A stretch of 64,000 nt of DNA from the human T2T-CHM13v2.0 reference genome, Homo sapiens. Below are positions 1 to 17,908 of this stretch, piece after piece. Position 1 is the stretch's first letter, and the number at the start of each line of letters is the position of its first letter. The stretch lies in the NCBI RefSeq assembly GCF_009914755.1, contig NC_060929.1; one strand, given 5' to 3'. A program made the translations under genes and the position numbers. The notes under the pieces are model-generated. The model made no database searches. It worked only from the letters and a program-made list of their open reading frames with translations, and was not told where the DNA came from.

Positions 1-196
1 AAAATGGGCAAACAGCAGCCCTCAGGGCTGCTCTGTCTATAGAGTAGCCATTCGTTCATTCCTTTACTTTCCTAATAAACTTGCTTTCACTCTACTCTGT
101 GGACTTTCCCTGAATTCTTTCTTGCGTGAGATCCGAGAACCCTCTCTTGGGGACCGAGACCCCTCTCTTGGGGACCGAGACCCCTTTCCGGTAACA
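1..196 (+). mobile_element. ERV1 LTR 3' end, MER41-like, with internal 21-bp tandem duplication (140-181)
   Basis: aataaacttgctttcact...cccctttccggtaaca terminus typical of MER41. Confidence 0.8.
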
Positions 197-363
197 GCAT
201 GACTGTAAAGTGGAGTTGCTTTGTCTATATTCCCTTCTAGAGGTGAACCTTGAGGTCAGGGACAGTCTTACTCATCTTTATGGTCCCCTGCACACCCCCA
301 CAATGCCCTTAATACCCAGTTGTTCAATGGACTTGGTGAAATTTGTAATCTCTAAATAGGCCT

Positions 364-794
364 TGTGAAACCAAACTACATATGGCCTGAGAAGGATTCT
401 GTACGTCTTTATTTGAGTCTTTGTGGACAAACTGCAACCTAACTTAGTAAGTAGACAAGATTGAAAACCTAACTTAGGAGTATGCGCCTGTAACAATAGC
501 TGAGTCCTGGCCAATCCCAGTGGCCATCCTTCAACCACTCATACACTGCTGAGTGTTCAAACTGTGTTCAAATAAGGCAAACGCCAACCTGTAACCAATC
601 CGGCTGTTTCTGTACCTCACTTCTGATTTCTGTATGTCGCTTCCCTTTTTTTGTCTATAAATTTGTTCTGACCATGAGGCATCCCTGGAGTCTCTCTGAA
701 TCTACTGTGATTCTGGGGCTGCCTGATTGGTGAATTGTTTTTTGCTCAATTAAACTCTCTTAAATTTAATTCAGCTCAAGTTTTTCCTTTAACA
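364..794 (+). mobile_element. Solo ERV1 LTR, MER57A-like
   Basis: TG...AACA ends, 4-bp TSD gcct, CCAAT x2, TATAAA, ATTAAA. Confidence 0.82.
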
Positions 795-799
795 GCCTG

Positions 800-1512
<713 letters not shown>

Positions 1513-1738
1513 TTAACCCAGTCACTTAAGAAAATCGCTGGTTCATTGATTCACCTTCAGGCACAGCTGGATGCAGAGTTTCAAACAGTGTCACCTACAC
1601 TCTATTTTTGTTCTGCTTTCCTTTGTATTAGGCTTTGTTCTCCTGCAAGCTCTGCGCTTGAGATGACCAATATGGTTACTAGCATCTGTAGGCTAAATTC
1701 AGCCAGCTTGGCAAGTACAGTAGAAAAGAGCTCCCCAA

Positions 1739-2075
<337 letters not shown>

Positions 2076-2662
2076 CTAAGGATCAAGTCTCATTGGTTTG
2101 GCTTGGGTCATCTGTCCATGACTGAGCCACGTGTTGTAGCCAGGAGACTGGGCTGTACTGGTTGGCGAGGTCTGGTTCACATGCCCATTCTTGGACCAAG
2201 GAGTGAGGCTAGCCCCATCTAAATCACATGGATTGAGAGTAGAGGGAAAAGAGGTTCCTCAAAGGAAAATGAGGGCAATACTACCTGAAGAAAGGAAAAT
2301 AGATTACGGGTGGCTAAAATCACAAATGTCCACCATATATAAGTATTTGATAATTCATGTGTGTGTCTGTGTATATGTATGCAGACATGTAATTAATATA
2401 TGTAAGCAAAAGCTAATTATATACAAACGAATTTTATTAAAATTATGTCAATAACAGTGATAATGATAGGCTACTATCAACTGAAGTTTACTTCAGTGCT
2501 AGCACTTTCTAGCTACTTTACATCTATTAACTCATGTAATCCTTATACTACCCCATGAGGCAGGTGCTACTATGTCTTCACGTTAAGGGCAAAAATTTAG
2601 ATCTGCCGAAACTCAAATTGGTTACCATATTACATTGTCTCACATTTAGAAAACATAAATCA

Positions 2663-2980
<318 letters not shown>

Positions 2981-3203
2981 CTAGGGTATTTGATAATTTT
3001 CTTCCCCTCCTACTACCCTACTGGGTGGACTCATTCATGCAGCAAACACCAAGTATTATAATGTGTTAAGTCTTCTATCAGGTACTCCGGAGACAGAAAA
3101 GTAACATGAGATACCTGCCTGGAGGGTTCCAGTCTGGTGGGGTAGACAGACACATAAACACAGGATTACAGGGCAGTGTGGTAAGTTTTACAGCAACAGT
3201 CTC

Positions 3204-3526
<323 letters not shown>

Positions 3527-3881
3527 TATAGCAACAGTCTCTATGTGGAATTCTCCCTTTTGTTTCCCTTCCACACAAAATGTTCAAAAACATCTTACTG
3601 TAATTCAGTAGTGTTATGAAAAGAAGATAAAAGAATTTCAGTTGAAATAAAAAATTATTTCTGCCATAGACTTCATTGAGCATTATTAAATCCAGAAAAG
3701 GGTGATCAAATGGGGTGGTTCTGTTTAGATTTCACTTCACAATTATGAAAATGTACTTAATTCTCCCTGGCTGCCAGCTTCTAAGTACCATGTCCACTTA
3801 TTCACATTTCCCATCATGTCTGTGTTCTGGTTAAATAGTCCTGTGTCCTCTAGACCTAACAAAAGTATTAAAATTAATCCA

Positions 3882-3969
3882 GTGATTTTAAAGTGTGGGA
3901 AAGGTGATTTGGGTGATTTTAAAGTGTGGGAAAGGTGATTTGGGTGATTTTAAAGTGTGGGAAAGGTGA
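3882..3969. repeat. 31-bp minisatellite, ~2.8 copies (gtgattttaaagtgtgggaaaggtgatttgg)
   Basis: Perfect tandem copies seen directly. Confidence 0.92.
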
Positions 3970-4734
3970 AATGACACTGGGTTACAATGTGCAAGTTATT
4001 ACCATTTACAGTAGTCTTGCCATTATTTTGTTTTATTAAAACAAAAAAGTATAAAGTCTGAGTCTAGTGTTAGCTTGTCTTTAACATCTCCTTAAAACAT
4101 GCTCATCTCTCTAGAGAGAACAGGCCTCAGAGTCAGAACTTTTTAAATAGGCAGCTATACTTAGCTGGAACTCAATGATACCATTTCACTTTCATTTTAC
4201 TTACTTTTACAGTTACCTTCTAATTATGGAACCCTATAAAAGTTTTCCAATTATTTTCACAGATATAAAGCTTGCTTTTAAAGAAACATATTTACCTTTT
4301 GAGTTAATCTATTTAGCAGGAAATATTAAGTAAATGCTGGTAAAGTTGGGCTGTGGATACAGCAATATTTGCGATGGTGCTGCTCAACCAGCTTCCGTTT
4401 GGGAAACAGTGTCCTCATCTGCTGGGTCCCATAGTTTTGGCCTTTCAGGCAGCTTTTCACAACCTTCACACCCAGCCAGATTTTCCTTTTTGCTCTGTAC
4501 CCCTTGGACATTTCGTGCCAATGTTCTCATAACTCTCCCCAGAGTCCCCTGTGGCTATTAGTAGGCGTCTTCCTGGCTAGACTGTGGACTTCTCTTATTC
4601 ATTTCTTCAACTTGCCAGAAACAAGCCTGGCCCAGAGTGGGTTCCAGAAATAGGTTAGTTGTTCTTGTGTTCTTCTTCATGAAGATGGAGGTTTCAGGGT
4701 TGTCCAGACAGGCTCTAGACTCAGTTTCCTCATT

Positions 4735-5613
<879 letters not shown>

Positions 5614-5619
5614 CAAACC

Positions 5620-5860
5620 CTTTTATTTTAAGTTCCGGAATACCCGTGCAGGACGTGCAGGTTTGTTACATAGGTTAACATGTGTCATGGTGGTTTGCTG
5701 CACCTGTCAACCCATCACTTAGGTATTAAGCCCCACATGCATTAGCTATTTATCCTGATGCTCTCTCTCCCCTCACCCCACTACAGGCCCCAGGGTGTGT
5801 TGTTCCCTTCCCTGTGTCCATCCAGGTGTTCTCATTGTTCAGTTCCTACTCATAAGTAAT
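5620..5860 (-). mobile_element. L1PA-type 3' end fragment
   Basis: gtgcaggtttgttacatagg...ggtggtttgctgcacc typical of antisense L1PA 3' UTR. Confidence 0.85.
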
Positions 5861-6610
5861 ATGTAGTGACAAATAAACCCTTTCTTCCTTTACTTACAGC
5901 ACTAGCAAAGAGTGGATTTGAGAGTTTCTCTCTTCCTGAGAATCTCTACAGCTGATTCCCCACAGGGCATCTGGTTTAGACTGATAATAAGCTTACAGAG
6001 TAGAGTACACCTGGAAAGAGAAAGTCTCCTAATTGTGTTTACCCTATTTGCCAGTGGCAGGACTTAATCACTTGATTTCTCAAACTTGACTTACTCAGGT
6101 TCCCTCAGGGGCCTGGGCCCTGGGGCCTGGCCTGATGCAGCTGGCTGCAGTCAACATTTCTTTCAAGTCTGAAGTTTTATCTTAAAACTTCAGGTGAGGT
6201 TTGAATTCTACTGCATAATATACTCTTGTTTGTTTTAATATGAAAATATTGAAAATAACTTACTGGCTAAATTGCTTAAATCTCTATTCCCCATTTTTTT
6301 TTCCTATTGCCAATTTTTGGGTAAAAATGAAGTTTTCCACGAGCAGCTTTAGGTATCTCTTAACACACTGCTGCTGTGTGCTCCTGGGGCCAGCCCGGTG
6401 TGAAAGTGAGTCCCTGGGTGATCGCAGCAGTTTCTGAATGACTTCCGGAATACACACAAAGCTCTGGACACACTCCATGCATGGACAGGCTCCTACAGGA
6501 AGTGGGGAGGCTGGTGGCAAAGAGATTTTTCAACCAGAGAGCACCTGCCTATTCATCCCAGAGTCTGGCAGAGTTAAAGGAAAGTTTAGGATTAAACAGG
6601 ATGACAGAGT

Positions 6611-6930
6611 TTCTCTCTCTTTTATTTCCCTGCCTTCCTCCCTATCTCTCTCCTTCCTTCCTTCCTCCCTCCCTCCTTTTCCTCCTTCCTTTCCTTCCTT
6701 CCTTCCTTCCTTCCCCTCCTCTTCCTTCTTCTTTCTTTCTCTTTCTCTCTTTCTCTTCCTTCCTTCTTCTTTTTCTTTCTTTCTTTCTTTTTCTTTCTCT
6801 TTCTTTCTTTTTCTTTCTTTCTTTCTCTCTCTCTCTCTTCCTTCCTTCCTTCCTTTCTCTCTTCTTTCTTCTCTCTTCTTTCCCTCCCTCCCACCCTTCC
6901 TTTCTTCCTCTCTCCCTCTCCTTCTCTGTT
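6611..6930. repeat. CT-rich low-complexity tract (TTCC/TTTC), followed by an antisense Alu monomer to ~7075
   Basis: Near-pure pyrimidine run. Confidence 0.92.
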
Positions 6931-7649
6931 TTTTAGAGAAGGAACTTCGCTCTGTCACCCAGGCTGAAGTGCAGTGACATGATCATAGCTCACTGCAGCC
7001 TGGCACTCCCGGGCCCAAGCGATCCTCCCGCCTCAGTGCCCATTGATTACAGGCATGCACCACCACGCCTGCCCCATAGTGTTTCTTAAGTTGGATATAA
7101 AACCTCCCTATGAGAATAAATTTTTAAAAAAATGGAAAAAACCCTTCTCTATGAGAATGTTTAAATTCTGAGTTTCCATTTCAATGACATTTTAAAAAAG
7201 ACAGATTGGTAAAAGCCCTGAATTCAACACTATGCAACTTATCCATGTAATAAAATTACACTTGTACCTCATACATTTATAAAAACAAAATAAGTAAAAG
7301 ATGGATAGGTATATTCTGGAGAATCTGAACGTTGGCCCCAACAACTGATTTCTGCTGGCAAGTGAATTAGGGTCTCAGGCTATGACTTCAAATTTCATTA
7401 GCTAAGGAGAAAAGAATCAGGTCCGACGTCATATGTTAGTGATATATTTGTGCCAAATGAGTGTTGAATGCACCACGATATGCTGCTTTAACAAAGGTTT
7501 TCCCAGTATTTCCATTAGAGAAAAATGAGTCATCACAATACTCAGAATATATAGGCAGATTGATTCCAAAAAATCTACTCCAATGCGGTTGCCTCCATCC
7601 TGTCCGTGTGAGTGGAGATATAATTTCAGCAAAGCTGAAAAAAATCAGT

Positions 7650-7656
7650 ATATGTA

Positions 7657-7703
<47 letters not shown>
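7650..7703. repeat. (TG)n microsatellite
   Basis: Seen directly. Confidence 0.95.
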
Positions 7704-7706
<3 letters not shown>

Positions 7707-7783
7707 AATTAAAAATAAAAAGCGCCATCAGGTCTCCTGTTAATGTTAAGGTAAACTCTGTCAGCTTTGTGTTTAACCTGTGA

Positions 7784-8122
<339 letters not shown>

Positions 8123-8272
8123 TAGTAGCTACAAGGCAACATGTTTATGTCTGTCTGGCTTATGTATATAATATACATTAATTTAAAATCATTTAAGTCT
8201 AAACACTGGGAATCTATAAGAATTTTGTTATCTTTAAGATGGGTGGGTACAAACTCAAATTTGAAAAACTGT

Positions 8273-8773
8273 TGTCTTAGTCCATTTTGTGTTGCTATAA
8301 CAGAATACCACAGGCTGGGTAATTGATAAAGAATAGGGATTTATTTCTCACAGTCGTGGAGGGTCGGAAGTCCAAGGTCAAGGGGCTTGAATCTGGCGAG
8401 GGCCTTCTTGCTGTATCATCCTGTGGCAGAAGCAGAACGACAAGAGAGACACGTGCAAGAAAGGGAAGGATCCCTCATGTCTTGGTGCTGTCGTTGAGTG
8501 AATGAGTTCTCATGAGATCTAGTTGCTTAAAACTGTGTGGCACCTCCCACCCACTCTCTCTCTTGCTCCTGCTTTTGCTATGTGAGACACCGCCTCCCCC
8601 TTTGCCTTCTGCCATGATTGCAAGCTTCCTGAGGCCTCCCCAGAAGCTGAGCAGATGCCTGGCACCATGTTTCCTGTACAGCCTGCAGAACTGTGAGCCA
8701 ATTAAACCTCTTTTCTTTATAAATTACCTAGTTTCACATATTCCTTTATAGCAAGGCAAGAATGGCTTAACAC
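8273..8773. mobile_element. Two MaLR (MST-like) LTR fragments in opposite orientations
   Basis: tgtcttagtccattttgtgttgctataac (antisense 3' end) and ...aattaaacctcttttctttataaattac...aacaca (sense 3' end). Confidence 0.75.
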
Positions 8774-8784
8774 AGTGGTCTAAA

Positions 8785-9480
<696 letters not shown>

Positions 9481-9534
9481 GTAAAAGCAGTTTAGCAAAT
9501 TCATGTTCACAGCAGCAAGGACATGACGTGGTTC

Positions 9535-9639
9535 TCACATCTCCATGGAAGCTGCCACGTGCTTCCCAAGTGCTGTCCGCATCTTGATTCTTCTAAGAGG
9601 GACTTCCACAGGGCTCTCCAAGTGAACATTCTTATGATC
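9535..9639 (-). CDS. SH3PXD2B: Alternative distal last exon coding part (DHKNVHLESPVEVPLRRIKMRTALGKHVAASMEM*) spliced from exon 12
   Basis: tttttctccctgcattcatctag|GAT...; phase 0 fits exon 12 donor; 34 codons then TGA; total ~430 aa agrees with a recalled short isoform. Confidence 0.72.
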   Translation of the reverse strand, partial: DHKNVHLESPVEVPLRRIKMRTALGKHVAASMEM

Positions 9640-9709
9640 CTAGATGAATGCAGGGAGAAAAATCAGCAAATCTTCAGTCCTTTCCAAACGAAAGACTAAC
9701 GTGGCCTGG

Positions 9710-10430
<721 letters not shown>

Positions 10431-10890
10431 CCTGGTTACTCCGCTGAGGATAGTAACTAACATGCACCACCCAACCCAGATTCCTCATATTTATTCACTG
10501 TAAGGAATAAACTAAATTTAATATAGTGAAGTTCTGAATAATGCTTAAAATGTAGGATCTACAGCAGCATACATGCCAAAGTGTGTTCTGTGGGATGTTC
10601 ATAAACGTTACATGTAAAAGAGGATTCTGTTGTCAAAGATATTTTGGAAATAACTGGATTGAACTAGGTTAAACAGCTTGTTAATTGAAGGCTTCGGAGT
10701 CTTTAATGTGCTGGTGTGTGGCCCTCCAAGGAGGGAGATTTGGAGGATATTCAGACAAGTGTTTGTCAAGTGGATTCAGCCACAGAACAGCTTTTCATGA
10801 TCATGTTGAGGGAGGGTGTTCCATAAACATACTTTGGAAAGATGTCCATTTTGAGAAAAATAATAAAATAGAAGATAAATATATACTAGG

Positions 10891-11090
10891 CAGGGGTTGT
10901 CAAGCTCTGTAGTCCTTGGGCTTAACCCATCCAGCCGCATGTTTCTTTTCACATGGTTTGTACATTTTCAGACAGTTGTATTTTGAATAGTTACGTAAAT
11001 ACTTGTGTAACATTCTGGTTTTGCCCCTTGGTTTGCAAAGCCCCAAATATTTACTATCTGACCCTTTAAGAAAAAGTTTGCCAACTCCTG
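10891..11090. mobile_element. MER58-like hAT-Charlie MITE
   Basis: Inverted ends caggggttg / ccaactcctg flanked by tactagg on both sides. Confidence 0.75.
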
Positions 11091-11116
11091 TACTAGGCAA
11101 TGAAAATGTCTCAAGA

Positions 11117-11417
11117 TTTTTTTTTTTTTTTTTGCGACAGAGTCTCACTCTGTCGCCCAAGCTGGTGTGAAGTGGCACGATCTTGGCTCACTGCAACCTC
11201 TGCGTCCTGGGTTCAAGCGATTCTCCTGCCTCAGCCTCCTGAGTAGCTGGGATTACAGGCATGCGCCACCACCAAGCCTGGCTGATTTTTGTATTTTTAG
11301 TAGAGACAAGGTTTCACCATGTTGGCCACGCTGGTCTCGAACTCCTGACCTCAGGTGATCCGCCCGCCACGGCCTCCCAAAGTGTTGGGATTACAGGCAT
11401 GAACCACCGCGCCTGGC
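11117..11417 (-). mobile_element. Alu
   Basis: Antisense dimer. Confidence 0.92.
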
Positions 11418-11854
11418 CTGAAGATTGTTAATCTGAAGATTCTACTCTTCATAGAAACAATAAAAATTATTATGCGCTATTAGAAGGGCCTACTATGTGC
11501 TAGGTATACATTATTTCCATTAATCTTCACAACGATTCTGTGAGAAAGGCACTATTGTCCCTATTTTATAAATGAGGACATCGTTTTCGAAAGGTAAAAT
11601 GCATGTCAGAGCCAGAACTCAAACCCAGGTCTAACCCTAAAGCCCAGAATTGTTCCTTTGTCAGTGGTCTACAAAGTGGATTCCATGAATCCCAGCGGGT
11701 ATATAAGACAAGCCACTGGGGCACACTGAACCATTGCTCTTTTCATTGTGTATTTTTTAGCATATCCTTCAGGCACGCTCAATTTTGCATATGTATTTTA
11801 TTACAATACATAACAAATCAACTAAAATTGGCCTAACCAGTAGCCAATAGACAG

Positions 11855-12750
<896 letters not shown>

Positions 12751-13249
12751 TCCATCCTCAGTAGACAGTTTTTAAGAATCCTAATAAATAGCTCCCTGTT
12801 CTCCTCCCCTGAGTTCAGAATTAACTGAGAGAGTGGGATCTGAGAGATAGAGAACAAAATGTTAGCTTTATTCTTGAGAGGGCCGTGGGAGAATCTGGCT
12901 TAGGTGTGGTGCCTGGCAGTCATGGTGTCTCAAGCTTGAATCCAAGAATTAAGACACGCTCACTGACCCAGGCACAGGCCTCCTCCCACAGCTAGGGGCC
13001 CAGTGGAATATGCGTCCCTGGGCCATCTGATCCCTAGTAGGAGAGAGGCTGAGCTGTGCATACCTGCTTCCTGCTCCCCTAAATATCAGTCACTCTTTCC
13101 CAGGGAGAGAGAGAGCTGGAGCCTTACTGTGATTGCAGCTCCATTCACATGGAAGGGAACAAACCAAGCATGGGTGTATGTAAGAGTTTCCCACGTAACA
13201 ATATTGTACATGACATTTATTTATTAATCCATGTATTTTGTACATGTTA

Positions 13250-13641
<392 letters not shown>

Positions 13642-13760
13642 CACATATTAACATTTTTATTGAGGGGTATGCAATGAAAACTGAAGTTCACTATTCTGTA
13701 CTATACTGTAGAAGTATTGGAGGCCAAGTTTCACGCAGCTGGAAGGGAATGAGGACATAG

Positions 13761-14095
<335 letters not shown>

Positions 14096-14266
14096 AGCCT
14101 CCTGGATCTTAAGAGGGGATGAACCTGGGCCTTATTAATAAAATATGTATGTTCTGTACACTGCCATTAATTTACAAGTCTCTAAAGGAAAACGTGTTTA
14201 GGAGATAGAAAAATTCCCTGCCTGGTGGCTGTTTTCTGAAGTTTCCTATATGTGGCAATCTCACTG

Positions 14267-14495
14267 CGGGTTGTGTTTCCCTTATCCAAAATGCTTAGGA
14301 CCAGAAGTGTTGTGGGTATCAATTTTTTTTCATATTTTGGAATACTTGCAGAATACACACCGGTTGAGCTCTCCTAATCAAAAAATCTGTAATCTGAGTG
14401 CTTCATTGAGGATTTCCTTTGAATGTCATGCCATTGCTTCAGATTTTGGAGTATTTCAATTTTGGGTCTTTATATTTTGGGATGCTCAATTTGTA
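14267..14495. mobile_element. Tigger4a-like DNA transposon relic
   Basis: cccttatccaaaatgcttaggaccagaagtg...gggatgctcaatttgta. Confidence 0.75.
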
Positions 14496-15155
14496 TGGGA
14501 AAATCCTTACAGACAACTCCAAGGTAGAGCAATAGCAAGTAGGAAAGCTTGAAGTCAGTGAGCAGCTCTCTGTTGCAGTGAGTTACAAACAGAATTTGGG
14601 TGAAGGATGTGGCTAAGGTTAGACAGGCATTATGGTTCAGGTAGAATGCAAGGCAGAGCTGAAATTTAAAATTGGACATTTTCCAGAGTTTATTACATGA
14701 AACGTTGCCCCTGATAGATGCTCTGTGAATGGTATCACAGTCAAATACATTTGAGAAACCCAGTGTAAGTAAACCCCCTCTCAGACATTCACATTGCACA
14801 CTAGTATGTAAGAGGCTGATTATGCTTACATAAGAAGTCCTGCAATAGACTTTAAACAGCAGTTCTCAAACTAATGTACCTTCAGAACACTTATTTCCAA
14901 ATTCCTATCGACATTTGTTCTGAAAAACATTTTGGGAAATGCTAAGTGGGAAGATTATAGATTCGGGAACTTATGGTAAGGGGCTCAGATGCCCAAGTTC
15001 ATCCTCTTACTAGCTGTGGCCATGGGTAAATTAATCTCTCAGACTGTTAATTTCCTCACCCATAAAATGGATGTAATATTTCCTATCTGTAAGAACTGTA
15101 GTGAAGATTAAAAGAGATAACATCTATAAACTTCTCAACTATTAGCATGTACTCA

Positions 15156-15522
<367 letters not shown>

Positions 15523-15840
15523 CTATACCAGGTAAGGTGCAAAGCCCGGCCATTTCTCAGGGTGGAGCATGCGGATTATTTCCTCAGAATGGATTTCTCA
15601 GGATGCTGATTCCTGCTGAGTTTGACTTTTAGGGAGTGAAGCTGAGGAATCTGTCTTTCGACAAGCTCCCTGGTGAATCATTAAGGTCATTAAAATTTGA
15701 GAGCCATTGATTAGGAAGCGTGAGTTGCAAGACGCTGAAGAATCTCATGTGGCCCAAATAATACTGAATGAGAGAAGGAATGGACATTGAAGACCAAGGA
15801 CTTGGAGAAGCGTGCCCCCGTGATGGTAATCTTGGACTCA

Positions 15841-16230
<390 letters not shown>

Positions 16231-16514
16231 ATATGATAGGGAATGGCGAGTGTGACACTTCCAGGTGAGACCTGAAGGAAGGTCACGGGACAGAAATGTA
16301 GTGAGAGGGCAAGTAGACTGCAAAGAGAAAGCCAGGTTTGGTCCCTGATCATGGTCCCATTGCCGTCCCATCCCATGAGGCGGATGCCCCTCCAGCCCCA
16401 GCCGGAAAGCCCATACCATTGCCAGTCCTGTTATGATTAAGCACTCTTGGTTTGCAAGAACTTGGGTGAACCTGCTCCTATGGGGGCCCAGAACACCGCA
16501 TGACTTTTTCCTTC

Positions 16515-16832
<318 letters not shown>

Positions 16833-17195
16833 TAATGGGGACACAGATTAATATATTAATGACCATTATTCCTAAGCAAGGTCTGCAAGAAGGTTGTTAT
16901 ATTGTTTCCTCTAAAGAAGCATGAATATTGCATGTATATCCCTTCCCTCCAAGTTCTTTTGTTCGGGGACTCTGCTGGTTTTCTTCTCTCCTTAGGAAGG
17001 TGGGGTGGTGGTGTCCTGTTAGTCACCTGGGAACAAGGAGGCTCCACACTGGGGTTGATTTTGCTTGGGCACTGCCTTTGGGAAAGTAGTAAAACGTTAG
17101 GCAGTGTGCTCCACCTCCCAGGAGCAGATGGCTTGGGCAGTCTCTGCGGCCCAAATGTGGCTGCATTTCCCACCCCAAACCCCCACCGCACAATG

Positions 17196-17492
17196 TTTTT
17201 TTTTTTTTTTTTGAGACCGAGTCTCACTCTGTCACCCAGGCTGGAGCGCAGTGACGTGATGTCGACTCACTGCAACCTCCGCCTCCCGGGTTCAAACAAT
17301 TCTCCTGCCTCAGCCTCCCAAGTAGCTGGGGTTACAGGCGCCCGACACCACGCCCGGCGAATTTTTGTATTTTTAGTAGAGATGGGGTTTCGCCATATTG
17401 GCCAGGCTGGTCTCGAACTCCTGACCTCAGGTGATCGGCCCGCCTCGGCCTCCCAAAGTGCTGGGATTACAGGTGTGAGCCACTGGGCCTGG
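17196..17492 (-). mobile_element. Alu
   Basis: Antisense dimer. Confidence 0.92.
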
Positions 17493-17793
17493 ACCTCCAT
17501 AGCACACTCTTGACCATCAGGAGGCAATGCCGGCAAGAGGTTCACCATCCTTTGGACATAAAGGAAGCTTTCCCTTGGTTTGTGGACATTGTAGTTAAGA
17601 GAATGAAGGTGCACTATGGCCCAGAGAGGGGTCGCCCCTATTTCTCCACAGTTCCCAAACATAGCTGGCATAGGTTTCTGTTCTTTGATCCCGAAGATCC
17701 CAGGCCACAAAGCTATGTACCCTTTCTCCTGCCAAATAAAATCCATAGACACTGCATCTTCATGATGAAGCTTGAAACCAGTCAAGCACTTTT

Positions 17794-17799
17794 TTTATT
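17794..17799 (-). terminator. Main poly(A) signal AATAAA
   Basis: Plus-strand tttatt; preceded in mRNA sense by a U-run and followed by GU/U-rich sequence. Confidence 0.75.
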
Positions 17800-17898
17800 T
17801 AAAAAAAAAAAAAGGAAAGAAGTCAAATGGTAAAGTATATAGCCTACACATGCTACAGCTAGTTGTTCTCACCCCTCCCCTCACATCCTATATACTCA

Positions 17899-17908
17899 TT
17901 TATTTAAT
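17899..17908 (-). terminator. Candidate proximal tandem poly(A) signal (overlapping ATTAAA/AATAAA)
   Basis: mRNA sense ATTAAATAAA about 105 nt upstream of the distal signal. Confidence 0.45.

Noticed and set aside
1-196. MER41 as an interferon-inducible STAT1 enhancer
   Set aside because: Only the 3' end is in the window and no GAS motif is visible here
3882-3969. CRISPR-like repeat array
   Set aside because: Contiguous tandem units with no spacers, in eukaryotic DNA
6438-6977. ORFs of 90-179 aa rich in S/F/L or E/R/K
   Set aside because: Translation of the CT-rich simple repeat; the same applies to 29004-29573
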